64,000 nucleotides of DNA from Gemmatimonadaceae bacterium (GCA_044224875.1 JBGAJQ010000013.1:1-64000), one strand, 5' to 3'; positions 28,047 to 40,042 are shown, numbered from the stretch's first letter. Made by a program: numbers and translations. Notes: generated by a model not told the origin, from the sequence alone.

Positions 28047-29561
28047 ATGCGGGGCACCCCCGCGATGGCGCTCGCGTTGCTCGCGCTAGTCGCCAGCTGC
28101 AAGGGTGATCCGACCAGTAGTGAGCCGCCGGTCATGCTCGAAGCCGGAATCGCAGGGACATCCACTGGTCAAGTCGGAACGGTCATGACGCCGGCTGTGA
28201 GCTTCCAGGTAAAGGATGCCTCTGGTCGAACCTTGGGAGGCGTGTCGTTCACGATCGCCGTCACGGACGGTGGCGGAAGCCTGCGCAGTAGCCCATCGCG
28301 AACCGCCAACGGTCCCACGGGTGTGGGTGTGTGGACCCTGGGAACGCGCGCCGGCCGCAACGCCCTCACCATAACGGTTGCGAACCTGCCGCCACTCACG
28401 ATCGAAGTGGTGGCGGCGCCTGGCCCGCCAGTGGCGATCGAAGTCGCTGCGGGGGAAGGGCAGTCGTCCCACGCCGGAGATCATGTCACACAACCCTTGG
28501 CGGCACGTGCGGTCGACCAGTACGGCAATGGAGTCGGCGGCGTGTCGATCTCGTTCGACGTCAGCAAGGGCGGGGGTGCGGTTACACAGACACAGGTCCT
28601 CACGGACGCCGCTGGCGTCGCTGGCGGGGTCGGATGGACGTTAGGCAGGAAAGGTGGACTGCAGCAGGTACGCGCCAGCGCCCAACTGGGAACGACGCTC
28701 GCGACGGCCAATTTCACGGCGTCCATTGAATCGCAGTATGACCCGATCGTGCGTTTCTTTGGGCCGGCGCCAAGCAGTGAGATTGTCGCCAGCTTCACCG
28801 CCGCGACCGACCGCCTTCATGCCTTGGTCATCGGTGACATTCCGGACATCACGCTCACGTCGTTCGATGCGAGTCGCTGCGGCGTTCCGGGCGAAATGCT
28901 GAACGAAGTCGTGGACGACGTGCTCATCTACGCCACCGTGACCGCCATCGACGGACCAGGACGTATCCTCGGATCGGCGGGTCCGTGTGTCATCAGGTCC
29001 AACGGCAAGCTGACCGTACTTGGCGTCATGCGGTTTGACGTCGATGACCTGAACAACCTCGCCAGTTCGGGCCGGCTCGAGCCGGTGATCTTGCACGAGA
29101 TGTTGCACATCGCTGGCGTAGGATCCCTGTGGCGGACCTTGAACCTGGTGGACTTCCTCGGCTCCCTGGATCCCCGGTACGTCGGAACGGGTGCCACCGC
29201 GAGCTGCAACGCTGCCAATGGCCTGGCGGTGTGCGGTCCCAGCGTGCCGATTGAAAACGTCGGCGGCGGCGGGACGGTCGAGGTGCATTGGCGCGAGGCC
29301 ACCTTCGACGCCGAGTTGATGACGGGGTTTGCCGAGGCAGCGGGCGTGGAGATGCCACTGAGCGCGATCACCGCCTCGTCCCTGCAAGACTACGGGTATA
29401 CCGTGAACCTGCTGGACGCGGATCCCTTCCGCTTGCCCACGGAGGCGCAGCGCCTGCGCCGACCAGTGACCCCAGACGACACCAGCGCGTGGGAACAGCT
29501 GCGGCCGGCGAGTTTTGACGTAACCCGCGCGGGGTGGGTGCGCACGCTGCGGATCCCGTAA
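28047..29561 (+). CDS. Lipoprotein with Ig-like domains and a leishmanolysin-like (M8) zinc metallopeptidase
   Basis: VASC lipobox; Big_1-like repeats; HEMLH, HWRE, ELMTG Met-turn. Confidence 0.8.
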   Translation: MRGTPAMALALLALVASCKGDPTSSEPPVMLEAGIAGTSTGQVGTVMTPAVSFQVKDASGRTLGGVSFTIAVTDGGGSLRSSPSRTANGPTGVGVWTLGTRAGRNALTITVANLPPLTIEVVAAPGPPVAIEVAAGEGQSSHAGDHVTQPLAARAVDQYGNGVGGVSISFDVSKGGGAVTQTQVLTDAAGVAGGVGWTLGRKGGLQQVRASAQLGTTLATANFTASIESQYDPIVRFFGPAPSSEIVASFTAATDRLHALVIGDIPDITLTSFDASRCGVPGEMLNEVVDDVLIYATVTAIDGPGRILGSAGPCVIRSNGKLTVLGVMRFDVDDLNNLASSGRLEPVILHEMLHIAGVGSLWRTLNLVDFLGSLDPRYVGTGATASCNAANGLAVCGPSVPIENVGGGGTVEVHWREATFDAELMTGFAEAAGVEMPLSAITASSLQDYGYTVNLLDADPFRLPTEAQRLRRPVTPDDTSAWEQLRPASFDVTRAGWVRTLRIP

Positions 29562-29761
29562 GCGGCTCAGGGCCGGGCGGTTCCCCCCCAAGCGTGCTCG
29601 CCGAGGTGCGCACGCGCCAAAGCAAGTGAGATTCCTTTCACGGCTGGCAGCGCCCGTCGGGCGTCATCGCAACAAATACGCGGCCCGCGTGCGGCATTTC
29701 AGCGCACCGCAGAATGCTGCCTAGCACCACTTGATTTGTTGTCCAGCTATTTCAGAGACCG

Positions 29762-29777
29762 TTGCGCTGCAGCGCAA
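29762..29777. promoter_or_regulatory. Perfect 16-bp palindrome, candidate operator
   Basis: TTGCGCTGCAGCGCAA about 110 bp upstream of the TonB receptor start. Confidence 0.35.
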
Positions 29778-29886
29778 TGCTCGGGGCGCCGACACTCATA
29801 TGAACGACGCTGCGTCGTGACAGACTGGATTGCCGCGGCGTCAACTGCGCGATCCCCTTTGTCGAAACGACGGAATCCTGACTTCC

Positions 29887-31860
29887 ATGCGAAAGATTCG
29901 TCGCGGCGTCACCAGGTATTGGCTGGCCGTCCTGGTGGTGTTCGCCTCTTCAGTTGGGCGCGCGCAAGAAAAGAAGACCACGACCGACGAAGCACTCCTG
30001 CTCGGTGACATCCCGTCGGTGTTCGGCGCTTCGCGATTTGACCAGACCGTCACCGAAGCGCCCGCGTCTGTCACGGTGATAACCGCCGACGAGATCGCCG
30101 CCTATGGCTGGCGAACGTTGAGCGATCTGCTGAGAACCGTGCGCGGCTTCTACGTCACGAACGACCGCGCCTACTCCTACGTCGGCACCCGTGGCTTCTC
30201 CCGTCCCGGCGACTACAACACACGCGTGTTGCTCCTGCTCGACGGGGTGCGCCTCAACGAAAACATCTTCGACGGAGGTTACGTCGGCCTCGAAGGGTTG
30301 GTTGATCTGGCGGCGGTGGAACGCGTCGAAGTCATCCGCGGCCCCGCGTCCTCGTTGTACGGAACCAATGCCTTCTTCGGCATTGTGAATGTCGTCACCG
30401 TGCGCGGGCGCGCGAGGAGTGGCATGCAGGTCGGTGGTGAACTCGGTAGCTTCGGCACTCGCGAAGGGCTGATCTCGGCCGGAGGGCGTGATCGCCATGG
30501 CGTAGAATACTACGCCACCGCGAGTCGACGGCGCGTCGGTGGACAGGATCTCTACTTCCAGGAGTTCGACACGCCGGCGACCAACCACGGTCTCGCGGTC
30601 GGGCGCGACGATGAGCACCGTGATCGATTCTTTGGCAAAGTGGAGTGGGGAAGCCTGGCACTCGAAGGCACGATCAATCAACGAACGAAAGTCGTCCCGA
30701 CCGCGTCCTACGGAACGCGATTCGATAGCGGGCGTTTGGCCTTTCGCGATTTCTCACGCAACCTGGTCCTGCGCTATCAGAATGCCACCAGTGAAGTGGG
30801 CGGCATCAGTGCATCCGCGGCTGTGTATCGCTACGACTACGACGGCACGTATCCGTACGACAGCTCCACCACGCTGGACTGGGCACACGGCCGCTGGGGT
30901 GTGGTCGACATGCAATACACACGCCGATTGGGACAACATCGGTTGGTGGTTGGAGGTGCGTACACTCGTAACTGGCGTCAAGAACAGGGGCTGCTGGACG
31001 ATGTCGGCGCCGCGCCGACGTTTGTCGACAACACCACGAGTGACATGCGAGCGCTGTACGCTTTGGGCGAGGTTCGGTTGTCATCACGGTTGTTGTTCAA
31101 CGGCGGCCTCCGCTACGACCACGCCTCGTCATTTGGGAGCGACTGGAATCCACGCGCCGGACTGATCTATCAGTTAGGCACAGGCTCGGCGGTCAAGTTG
31201 CTCTATGGCAGCGCGTTCCGCGCGCCGAACAACTTCGAGCGTCTCTACGGCGACGATCGAACACAGAAACCGAACACCGCCCTGGCACCCGAACATATTC
31301 GCACGTACGAGCTCCTGGTCGAGAAGCTGCTGAATCGGCACGTGAAGTGGAGCATCTCGGCCTACCAGTATCAGGCGCGACAACTCATCGACTTGGCGTT
31401 GGATCCTGTCGACAGCCTCCTTCAGTTCAACAATCTCGGGCGCGCGAACGGCCGAGGGGTCGAAAGCGAGGTCGAGCTGGACTTCGGTACCGCCACAGCG
31501 CGCATGAGCTATGCGTTGCAGGTCGCCACGGATCCTGACGGTGCCACGCTGTCGAACTCACCCCGACACCTGGGCGCGTTCAACATCTCGACGCCCGTCG
31601 CGCGCGACCACGCTCGGGTGGCCCTGCAAGTACGCGGCATGAGTTCGCGCCTGACCCCGCAAGGGGACGCCGTCAGTGGCAACATCGTAGCGGACGCCGT
31701 GCTCACGACGCGGCGCCGCAGTCGCGGTCCGGAGATCACTGCCGGCATCTACAATGTCACGAATCAACGCTACAGCGATCCCGTGGGCGAGGAGCATCTG
31801 CAACGCGCTATCCAGCAGGATGGCCGCACCATGCGCCTAACGGTGGTCTACGGATTCTGA
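29887..31860 (+). CDS. TonB-dependent receptor
   Basis: Plug motifs APASVTVIT, LLDGVRLN, ERVEVIRGPASSLYG; barrel strands; C-terminal Phe. Confidence 0.93.
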   Translation: MRKIRRGVTRYWLAVLVVFASSVGRAQEKKTTTDEALLLGDIPSVFGASRFDQTVTEAPASVTVITADEIAAYGWRTLSDLLRTVRGFYVTNDRAYSYVGTRGFSRPGDYNTRVLLLLDGVRLNENIFDGGYVGLEGLVDLAAVERVEVIRGPASSLYGTNAFFGIVNVVTVRGRARSGMQVGGELGSFGTREGLISAGGRDRHGVEYYATASRRRVGGQDLYFQEFDTPATNHGLAVGRDDEHRDRFFGKVEWGSLALEGTINQRTKVVPTASYGTRFDSGRLAFRDFSRNLVLRYQNATSEVGGISASAAVYRYDYDGTYPYDSSTTLDWAHGRWGVVDMQYTRRLGQHRLVVGGAYTRNWRQEQGLLDDVGAAPTFVDNTTSDMRALYALGEVRLSSRLLFNGGLRYDHASSFGSDWNPRAGLIYQLGTGSAVKLLYGSAFRAPNNFERLYGDDRTQKPNTALAPEHIRTYELLVEKLLNRHVKWSISAYQYQARQLIDLALDPVDSLLQFNNLGRANGRGVESEVELDFGTATARMSYALQVATDPDGATLSNSPRHLGAFNISTPVARDHARVALQVRGMSSRLTPQGDAVSGNIVADAVLTTRRRSRGPEITAGIYNVTNQRYSDPVGEEHLQRAIQQDGRTMRLTVVYGF

Positions 31861-31861
31861 C

Positions 31862-32794
31862 GTGCCCCGCGCCACCGTCATCGCCGCCAGTTGCCTGGTT
31901 ACCGCGCTCTCGGCCCCGACCGTTGGGGGCCAGCCCGAGCGCGTCCACGATGCGGTCCGGGTCGTGGTGTTGCAGGGCGCTCCAGCGACGGCGGCGCGTG
32001 ATCTTCTCGAAGGATTTCGCAAGCGTTTCGACCAGTTGGGACGACGCGTTGACCTCACGGTGGTGGACGTAGCCAGCGACGGAACTGCTCGCGTTGGAGC
32101 GCCAGCGCCCGCCGACTTGGTGGTGGCGTTGGGCTCTCGTGCAACGGCGGTCGCTGGATCGGAGTATCGTGGAAAACCAGTGATCGCGGCGTTGCTTGCA
32201 CGCCAGCCGTCGACGCCCGACGCCAGCGTGACGGCATCCGTGGTCCTGGAATTTCCGATCGACGTGGAACTGGAGTGGATGAGGCGCATTCTTCCGAACG
32301 CACGGCGCGTCGGTGTGTTGTACAGCACGGAAGAAAACGCACGCCTCGTGTCGCGAGCGAAGGATGTGGCGAAGGGACTTGGCTTCGAGATTGTCGCACG
32401 ACGGGTCGTGGCGCCCTCGGAGATTCCGGGTGCGCTGACAAGCCTGGCGGGAAGCGCCGATGTGTTGTGGGGCGTACCGGACGAAGTCGTACTGGCACCA
32501 GAGACCGCGAAGGCGGTCCTGCTCGCCTCCCTTCGCAATCGCGTACCCTTCGTTGGCCTGTCGGCGCAGTGGGTACGTGTAGGTGCGGTATATGCCCTGG
32601 ATCGCGACTATGCTGACCTTGGCGCGCAGACCGCTGATCTCGCGCTCCATGTGCTGGACGGTCCCGCCCTCAAACCCAACGATGCAGTCCGTCCTCGCAA
32701 GGTTCTCTATTCGCTGAACGTCCGCAGCGCCGACATGATGCGGCTGACGGTGCCACCTGACGTGATACGCGGCGCAAACGAGGTCGTGCGATGA
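31862..32794 (+). CDS. Periplasmic substrate-binding protein (ABC_sub_bind-like)
   Basis: [13 protein letters not shown]...VRVGAVYAL...[10 protein letters not shown]...LNVRSA pattern; signal peptide; no ABC permease nearby. Confidence 0.75.
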   Translation: MPRATVIAASCLVTALSAPTVGGQPERVHDAVRVVVLQGAPATAARDLLEGFRKRFDQLGRRVDLTVVDVASDGTARVGAPAPADLVVALGSRATAVAGSEYRGKPVIAALLARQPSTPDASVTASVVLEFPIDVELEWMRRILPNARRVGVLYSTEENARLVSRAKDVAKGLGFEIVARRVVAPSEIPGALTSLAGSADVLWGVPDEVVLAPETAKAVLLASLRNRVPFVGLSAQWVRVGAVYALDRDYADLGAQTADLALHVLDGPALKPNDAVRPRKVLYSLNVRSADMMRLTVPPDVIRGANEVVR

Positions 32795-35679
32795 CGCGGC
32801 CATCCCTGCTCCAGCGATTGCGAAAGCCCACTCTGGCCGTCAAGGTTTCCGTGCTCGTTTTCGGCGCCGTGTTCCTGACAACGGCAGGCAGTGCATTTGT
32901 TCTGTTGCGTCGCGAAGGGCGCCAGGCCAAGCAAGACCTGGAAGTGCGAGGTGTCGCCATCTCCCAGCTGATCGCCGCCAACAGCGAGTTTGCGATCTAC
33001 ACGGGCAATACAGACGCCTTGCGCCCCCTCATCAAGCGTCTGGACGACATGGAGGACGTCGCGTACTTGCGAGTCGTCGGCGCAAAGGGCGACCTCGTCG
33101 TGGACGAGCGACTCGGTACGGGGTTTGCCAAGGCGGTCCTGCCTCCCCTGCCGGATGCCCTTGGACCGAATGCCCTGGCCCCACGATACCTCTCCGTGGC
33201 AGGCGATCCCGTCGTGGAACTCATTGTTCCCGTAGTGACGGATCATGACGCGTTAGGCAGCGATCCCCTGGCGCCCGAGGCTCCTAGTGCTGCTGGACCG
33301 CTCGGGTACGTACAGCTCGGCGTCACATTGCGACCCACGCTGATCCGCCAGCAGCAAGCGCTGACTCAGGTGGCGATGGCCACGCTCCTGCTCCTCGCCA
33401 TCGGATTGCCCATTACACTGTTCCTGACGCGCCGCGTGACCGCTCCGGTGCGCGCACTGGCCAAGGCGGTCGAGGCAATCGGCGAAGGGAAGTTCGAACC
33501 TCTCCGCAAGGTGGAGACCGGAGACGAGATCGGCCGCCTTTCCGCCGCCTTCAATCTCATGGTCGGCAAGCTTCGAGTCTCGTGGCGCGAACTCGAAGAG
33601 CATCAACGCACGCTCGAGGATAAGGTGGCAAGCCGCACGATGGCGCTGGAGGCCGCGCGACAGTCGGCGCAGGCAAACGCTGAACGTGCCGAGGAAGCGA
33701 GCCGAGCCAAGTCACAGTTCCTCGCCAACATGAGCCATGAGATCCGCACACCCATGAACGGTGTCATGGGCATGCTGGAGCTGCTCGGGGCGAGCGCGCT
33801 CGATCCGCGACAGCGCCGGTTCGCGGATACCGCATATCGGTCCGCCGAGGCATTGCTCGAGCTGATCAACGACATCCTCGACTTCTCGAAGATCGAGGCG
33901 GGTCACCTGGAGTTGCATCGTGGTGATTTCGAGCTGCGGCAGACAGTGGAAGATGTGTGTGAGATGCTGGCCCCGCGTGCACACCAGAAAGGCCTCGACC
34001 TCGTGGCCCGAATTGCGCCGGACGTTCACGGCAATGTGAACGGCGACGTCATGCGGGTTCGGCAGGTGCTGGTGAACCTCATCGGGAACGCCATCAAGTT
34101 CACCGCCAATGGTTCGGTACAGCTGCGACTGACCGTGGATGCGCACGACGAAACGACCCAACGGGTGCGCTTCGAAGTGCAAGACACGGGCATTGGCATC
34201 TCCGAGGGCGTCGCTGCTCGCCTTTTCCAACCCTTTGTTCAAGCTGACACGTCTACGACGCGGGTCTTCGGCGGCACTGGACTCGGGTTGGCCATCGCCA
34301 AGCAGCTGGTGGAACTCATGGGGGGACAGATTGCCCTCGCGTCACAGGAAGGCATGGGATCCACCTTCAGCTTCACCGTGCCATTTGCCATGCGTCCGCT
34401 CGACGCCAGGGCCCCCATGCCACCCGAGCAAGCGTTGCTCGGCCGGCGCATCCTGGTCATCGACGACAACGCGACCAACCGCGAGGTCTTGCGCGAACAA
34501 CTCAACGGCTGGGGCGCCGCGGTCGACGAGGCAGAGGGCGGAGCTGACGGGTTGGAGCATCTGCGCGTCCTGCACGCGTCGCGCCCCTACGACCTCATGG
34601 TGCTCGACTTCACCATGCCGAACATGGACGGCGGCGAGGTCGCCCGCAACGTGCGCGCGAATCCGGCGTGGAACGCCCTTCCCATTCTCCTTCTCAGTTC
34701 GGTCGGCGGCACATCGCACGCGAAGGAGTCCTCGGCGCCAGTGGACGCGATCCTGACGAAGCCCGTCCGTCAGCGTGAACTCGCCGAGCGATTGACGTCG
34801 ATGCTCAAGGCCATGCACGAGGGGCGAACGCCTGGAACGCGGGTCGACGGCAGCGAGGCGCCGTTGAACGCACAGACCGCGATGTCGGGACGGTTGGCAG
34901 GCATGCGCATCCTGCTCGCGGAAGACAATCCAGTGAATCAACGAGTGGCGGTGGGATTCCTCGAAGGGTTTGGTTGCACCGTGGTGGTCGTCTCCTCCGG
35001 CATTGAAGCCGTGCGGCACGCGGGATCCGGACTCTTCGACATCATTTTGATGGACTGCATGATGCCGGAGATGGACGGATACGAAGCCACGCAGGAGATC
35101 CGGCGGCGTGAGTCCGCCGGGACGCTCCGGACACCGATCGTTGCACTGACGGCGTCGGCACTAAGCGGTGAGCGCGAGCGGTGCTTGGCGGTGGGCATGG
35201 ATGACTACCTCTCCAAGCCGTTTCGATTGGACGAACTCCTCACGGTCATCAGCCGATGGGCACACGTACCCTCCGATCGCGGCCAGCGTCCCGTCGCTCC
35301 AACACATTCGGAACCCCCGACACCGGCGACACGTGCCTCGGCACTCGACCTCAGTGCCCTCGAGAACATTCGAACTGTTCCTGGCGGCGCGCGAATTCTG
35401 CGCGAGTCCATTGGGGCATACCGGCGCTCGGCGCCGCGGCAACTAACCTCACTTCGAGAGGCCATTGATGCCGATCGGCGCGATGAGATCCAGCGTATCG
35501 CGCACACGTTGAAGTCGTCGAGCCTGATGCTGGGACTGGCGCAACTGGGTGCGATCCTTCGTCGAGTCGAGCAACAGGCCCTGGAGCTCGATCACCAAGA
35601 GCTGCAACGACTGTGCGTGGAAGCGGAAGCCACGTACGATGCCGGTGAGCAGGAGCTGGCCCTCCATGTCGCTGAATAG
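32791..35679 (+). CDS. Hybrid sensor histidine kinase (2TM-HAMP-HisKA-HATPase-REC-REC-Hpt)
   Basis: [37 protein letters not shown], two receiver domains, AHTLKSS Hpt. Confidence 0.95.
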   Translation: MTRPSLLQRLRKPTLAVKVSVLVFGAVFLTTAGSAFVLLRREGRQAKQDLEVRGVAISQLIAANSEFAIYTGNTDALRPLIKRLDDMEDVAYLRVVGAKGDLVVDERLGTGFAKAVLPPLPDALGPNALAPRYLSVAGDPVVELIVPVVTDHDALGSDPLAPEAPSAAGPLGYVQLGVTLRPTLIRQQQALTQVAMATLLLLAIGLPITLFLTRRVTAPVRALAKAVEAIGEGKFEPLRKVETGDEIGRLSAAFNLMVGKLRVSWRELEEHQRTLEDKVASRTMALEAARQSAQANAERAEEASRAKSQFLANMSHEIRTPMNGVMGMLELLGASALDPRQRRFADTAYRSAEALLELINDILDFSKIEAGHLELHRGDFELRQTVEDVCEMLAPRAHQKGLDLVARIAPDVHGNVNGDVMRVRQVLVNLIGNAIKFTANGSVQLRLTVDAHDETTQRVRFEVQDTGIGISEGVAARLFQPFVQADTSTTRVFGGTGLGLAIAKQLVELMGGQIALASQEGMGSTFSFTVPFAMRPLDARAPMPPEQALLGRRILVIDDNATNREVLREQLNGWGAAVDEAEGGADGLEHLRVLHASRPYDLMVLDFTMPNMDGGEVARNVRANPAWNALPILLLSSVGGTSHAKESSAPVDAILTKPVRQRELAERLTSMLKAMHEGRTPGTRVDGSEAPLNAQTAMSGRLAGMRILLAEDNPVNQRVAVGFLEGFGCTVVVVSSGIEAVRHAGSGLFDIILMDCMMPEMDGYEATQEIRRRESAGTLRTPIVALTASALSGERERCLAVGMDDYLSKPFRLDELLTVISRWAHVPSDRGQRPVAPTHSEPPTPATRASALDLSALENIRTVPGGARILRESIGAYRRSAPRQLTSLREAIDADRRDEIQRIAHTLKSSSLMLGLAQLGAILRRVEQQALELDHQELQRLCVEAEATYDAGEQELALHVAE

Positions 35680-37819
35680 GGCCATGCGGCGGCAGCCGCT
35701 CATACTCGTGGCGGACGACGACCTCGTCATGCGGAGCACGATGAGCGCCGTGCTCCGCGAGGCCGGCTTCCTGATTGTTGAAGCTGAAGATGGGTTGCAG
35801 GCGCTGGAAGTCGCGACCACGCAGCGTCCCGACATGATCGTGTTGGACCTGGTCATGCCAGGCCTCGACGGATTCCAGGTCTGCGAACGCATTCGCGCCG
35901 ATCCCGAGTTGTCGGAACTACCGATCCTCGTCCTCACGGGTCGCGAGGATACACTCGCCATTCGACGCGCGTTCGAGATCGGAGCCACGGACTTCGCAAC
36001 CAAGCCACTCAGTGCTCCCCTGCTGAGCCACCGCGCGCGCTTCATGCTCCGTTCCGTCGACGTCATGCGGGAGCTTCGTGAGTCGGAAAGCCGGCTTGCC
36101 GACGCCCAGCGCCTCGCGCGCCTCGGCAACTGGGAATGGGACGTTGCATCCGGCGCGGTCGTCGGGTCCCCCGAGGCTTTCGCCGTCCTCGGGCTGGATC
36201 AACGCGTGGGCACGTGCCGCGTGGACGACCTGCGCGGACTCGTGCCAGAATCGGACATTACACGAATACAGGACGCCTTCGACGCGTTGCTCAAGGGAAC
36301 CGCCACCCTGGATGTGACGATGCGCGTCGTGCTTGCGGACAAACGCGAGCGACACGTTCACTTGTTAGGTCAAGTCGTCCGGCGTCGCGGGTGGAACAGC
36401 GTTCGTGTCGCTGGCACCATTCAGGATATCACCGAACGTACCCGTGCCGAGGACCGCATCAAGAGTCTGGCCTATTACGATGGCCTCACCGGTCTTCCCA
36501 ATCGGCAGCTCTTCACGGAAAAGGCGCGCATGGCGATGGCGATGGCGCGGCGCGGGCATCACAAGCTCGCCCTGCTGCTCGTCGACCTCGACAACTTCAA
36601 GGGAATCAACGACACACTGGGGCACAGTGCTGGCGACAAGGTGCTTCACGAAGTTGGAGCGCGTCTTCGAGAGGTCGTTCGTGACTATGACAGCGTCGCG
36701 CGAGACGCGCAGCACGACGACTTCTGTCCCGTCGCCCGAATGGGTGGAGATGAGTTCCTCGTCGCCGTGGGAGATCTCGCGTCGGGTGAGCACGCGGCAC
36801 TCGTCGCTGCTCGACTGTTGGAGTCACTGCGCGCGCCACTGACCGTGGATTCCAATGAACTGTTCATTGGCGCCAGCATCGGAATCAGCGTCTTTCCGGA
36901 CGACGGCGACGATTTCGAAGAGATCTTCAAGAACGCGGACGTGGCGCTCTACCACGCCAAGGATGCTGGGCGCAACACGTCCGAGTTCTTCAGCCCGTCC
37001 ATGAACGAAGTGGCCATGTACCGGCTGCTGATCGAGACGAGTCTTCGTCGAAGTCTGGAGCGGAACGAGCTTTCCATTCACTACCAGCCGCAGATCGATC
37101 TCTCGAATGATCGCATCGTTGGAGCTGAGGCCCTGCTGCGCTGGACGCATCCCGACGTAGGGGCCGTCAGCCCCGCGCAGTTCATTCCACTGGCCGAACG
37201 CATCGGGATGATTGCTCCACTCACCGAGTTTGTCTTTCATGGTGCCTGCGAGCAACTGCGGGCGTGGCAACTCGCCGGGGCCAATGATGTGCGAATCGCC
37301 ATCAACCTATCGAGTCAATTGCTCCGCCAGGGCGACGTGCTGGAGTCGCTGAGTCGCATTCCCACGGCACGCGGCATCGACCCGTCCTGCATTGAACTCG
37401 AGGTGACCGAAACAGCGCTTCTCGAGAGTCCGGCTGAGGCTGAGCAGATGCTCTCGATGCTCCGGCGCCGCGGCTTTCGGATTGCACTCGATGATTTTGG
37501 CGTGGGATTCTCGTCACTCAGTCACTTGCGTCGGTTCTCGCTCGACACGCTCAAGATCGATCGCTCCTTCATTCGCGATATCGTGAGTGGCGCACGGGAG
37601 CTGGAAATCGTCGCCGCAGTGATCGATCTCGCACATCGGCTTGGGATTGATCCCGTGGCCGAGGGTGTGGAAGAGGCGATCCAGCGCGACGTCCTCCTCT
37701 CGAAGGGATGCTCTCTGATGCAGGGCTACCTCATTGGCCGGCCGATGCCGGCGGACGACCTCCTTCGCCGGCTCACGAAGAACCAACAGCGCGTGTTGGC
37801 CTCGACCGCGCAGCGGTAG
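35666..37819 (+). CDS. REC-PAS-GGDEF-EAL c-di-GMP enzyme
   Basis: N-terminal receiver, [28 protein letters not shown]. Confidence 0.94.
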   Translation: MSLNRAMRRQPLILVADDDLVMRSTMSAVLREAGFLIVEAEDGLQALEVATTQRPDMIVLDLVMPGLDGFQVCERIRADPELSELPILVLTGREDTLAIRRAFEIGATDFATKPLSAPLLSHRARFMLRSVDVMRELRESESRLADAQRLARLGNWEWDVASGAVVGSPEAFAVLGLDQRVGTCRVDDLRGLVPESDITRIQDAFDALLKGTATLDVTMRVVLADKRERHVHLLGQVVRRRGWNSVRVAGTIQDITERTRAEDRIKSLAYYDGLTGLPNRQLFTEKARMAMAMARRGHHKLALLLVDLDNFKGINDTLGHSAGDKVLHEVGARLREVVRDYDSVARDAQHDDFCPVARMGGDEFLVAVGDLASGEHAALVAARLLESLRAPLTVDSNELFIGASIGISVFPDDGDDFEEIFKNADVALYHAKDAGRNTSEFFSPSMNEVAMYRLLIETSLRRSLERNELSIHYQPQIDLSNDRIVGAEALLRWTHPDVGAVSPAQFIPLAERIGMIAPLTEFVFHGACEQLRAWQLAGANDVRIAINLSSQLLRQGDVLESLSRIPTARGIDPSCIELEVTETALLESPAEAEQMLSMLRRRGFRIALDDFGVGFSSLSHLRRFSLDTLKIDRSFIRDIVSGARELEIVAAVIDLAHRLGIDPVAEGVEEAIQRDVLLSKGCSLMQGYLIGRPMPADDLLRRLTKNQQRVLASTAQR

Positions 37820-37853
37820 CGCGACGCGGCCACTCCGAAGACGCCGCGAAAGC

Positions 37854-37887
37854 AAAACGTCCCCCCGGCCATCGATCGGGAGGACGT
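37854..37887 (-). terminator. Intrinsic terminator for the MCP operon
   Basis: 11-bp stem (37857-37867 with 37877-37887) whose C/A mismatch is a G-U pair on the minus strand, followed by a U-tract. Confidence 0.6.
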
Positions 37888-37993
37888 CCTCATGCCATCT
37901 CGTGCTCCGTGCATGTTGCGGCTGGAGAAGCTGTCGGCACGCAGGGCCTCCGTTCTCTCGCCCGACCGGCCATGTCGTACGGGACTGGGTCTG

Positions 37994-39235
37994 CTACTGA
38001 CCGCCAGAGCGGATCACCGCCAGGAACCGATCGACCTCACTGCGCAACAGCTCGGCCATTCTCGAGAGCTCATCGGCGGCACCCAGCATCTGACCTGCCG
38101 AGTCGCTGGTCTCGCGCACGGCATTGGAAACCGTGGAGATGCCTTCCGTCACCTGGCGGGTGCCTAACGCCGCCTCCTGGATGTTGCGGTTGATCTCGTC
38201 GTTGGCGGCGCGCTGCCCCATCACCGCTTCCGACACCGATGCCGACAGGTCGTGCACGCGACGCACCGTGCCGCCAATTCCCTCGATCGCCGACACCGCA
38301 TTCTCTGTGGCCGTCTGGATCGCCTGCACCTGATCCTGGATTTCACGCGTGGCGTCACCCGTCTTGGTGGCGAGGTTCTTCACCTCGGCAGCCACCACGG
38401 CGAACCCGCGACCAACTTCGCCGGCGCGCGCTGCTTCGATGGCGGCGTTCAACGCCAGCAGGCGAGTCTGGCTGGAGATATCGTTGATGAGCTTGACCAC
38501 CCGCGAGATCTGCCCAGACGCCTCAGACAACCCAAACACCGTCTCGTTCGTGCGTTCGGCGGCCGATACGGCGTCCTGCGAAATCGACTTCGTCTCCATC
38601 GCCTGGCGCTCGATCTCACCCACGGTCGCCGTAATCTCCTCTGCCGCCGCCGCGACCGATTCCATCCCGCGGCTGGCCTCTTCGGCCGCCGCCGCCACCG
38701 TCGTGCTGTGAAGACTCGTGTGGTCCGCCGTACCTGAAAGCGACTGTGCCGTGGCTCGGGCTTCCGTCGCGGCCGCCGCTACGTTGTCCACTACGACCTT
38801 GATGGCCGCCTCGAATTCATCTGCCAGCCGCAAACGCGCCGACTCCGCCGCCTGCAGCTTCCGCGTGCCTTGCTCCATCTGCTCCGTGGCGCCGTTGATC
38901 AGCGAGGCCGCGTTCCGGTAGGTGCCCAGCAAGCCGCGCAACAACACCCGGCGATAGAACTTCCCCTCCGAGGCGTGTTGCAGTGAAGCGCTCGACTCGC
39001 GCACGAAGGCGTCCGACAGGTCGAGCAAGTGATTGATGGCCTGGACGAGATCGCCTAACGGCCCCTCGTGGCTGATGCCAAGTATGCGAGGCTCCAGATT
39101 GCCGGCCGCCGCTTCGCGCGCGACCTCGCAGATCGTTGCGATGCCCCGGCGGTATTCTTCGAGCTCGGCCTGCAGAGCTTCGACATCGGCGGCGTTCCAC
39201 TTTGGACGCCGAGCGGCTGTGGCGAATGTTCCCAT
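37994..39235 (-). CDS. Cytoplasmic methyl-accepting chemotaxis protein
   Basis: ISSQTRLLALNAAIEAARAGEVGRGFAVVAAEVKNLA hairpin tip; no transmembrane segment. Confidence 0.93.
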   Translation of the reverse strand: MGTFATAARRPKWNAADVEALQAELEEYRRGIATICEVAREAAAGNLEPRILGISHEGPLGDLVQAINHLLDLSDAFVRESSASLQHASEGKFYRRVLLRGLLGTYRNAASLINGATEQMEQGTRKLQAAESARLRLADEFEAAIKVVVDNVAAAATEARATAQSLSGTADHTSLHSTTVAAAAEEASRGMESVAAAAEEITATVGEIERQAMETKSISQDAVSAAERTNETVFGLSEASGQISRVVKLINDISSQTRLLALNAAIEAARAGEVGRGFAVVAAEVKNLATKTGDATREIQDQVQAIQTATENAVSAIEGIGGTVRRVHDLSASVSEAVMGQRAANDEINRNIQEAALGTRQVTEGISTVSNAVRETSDSAGQMLGAADELSRMAELLRSEVDRFLAVIRSGGQ

Positions 39236-39284
39236 GATGCGCGGTGAGGTAAGCCGGCGATGCCGGTTTCTGTGGGAGTTTCGA

Positions 39285-39815
39285 CTAAAGGGTCCAGACC
39301 CACTCGTCGTAGCTCTTGCCGGCGGACTGTAGCGTCGCGACCAGCAGCTCAAACGAGGACTGCAGCCCCATGGCCCGATCCGCGTGCCGGCGCTCTTCGG
39401 CGACCAGCGCCGCGTACACCGGTTCAACCTTGGCGACCTTGGAACGCTCAGGCACACGACGGTTGGAGTGGAAGCCGACGATTTCACCGTCGCGGCCGTA
39501 CGATGGGGTCACATGCGCCAGAACCCAGTAATTGTCGCCGCTCTTGGCCATGTTGTTGACGTAGGCGAACACCTCGTGCCCAGCGAACAGGCGGTCCCAG
39601 AGGAACTTGAAGACCGCTCGGGGCATGGACGGATGCCGGATCAGGCTGTGTGGCGCGCCGAGGAGCTCTTCTTCGGTGTATCCGGAGACCTTGATGAACA
39701 CGTGGTTTGCGTACGTGATCTTCCCTTTCAGGTCGGTCTTGCTGACAATGATTTCATCCTCGGCGAAATGGCGCTCACGCCCCGAGGGCTGTATTTGTGT
39801 TCGGGCCACAGACAT
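39285..39815 (-). CDS. Stand-alone Aer-type PAS (FAD) sensor
   Basis: IVSKTDLKGKITYAN...HSLIRHPSMP...LW...YVNNMAKSGDNYWV...SNRR. Confidence 0.9.
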   Translation of the reverse strand: MSVARTQIQPSGRERHFAEDEIIVSKTDLKGKITYANHVFIKVSGYTEEELLGAPHSLIRHPSMPRAVFKFLWDRLFAGHEVFAYVNNMAKSGDNYWVLAHVTPSYGRDGEIVGFHSNRRVPERSKVAKVEPVYAALVAEERRHADRAMGLQSSFELLVATLQSAGKSYDEWVWTL

Positions 39816-40042
39816 GAAGGTCTCCACGATTCCACGAGAACTGATCTCTCGTTGACTGGTTTCGGCACGAAGTGCCCCACGCTCGATAGGGAAATCCCCG
39901 ACGTGGTGCCGATGGCGTGTCCGCCGGCTACGCGGTCTCTGGAGAGTCGTGGAATCAACGAGAAAGAATGCGGATTTGAGCGTATTCCACGACGGGAGGC
40001 CGACAGCGGGGCTGTCGCGTCTCTCCGCCACCAGGAGGAGCC

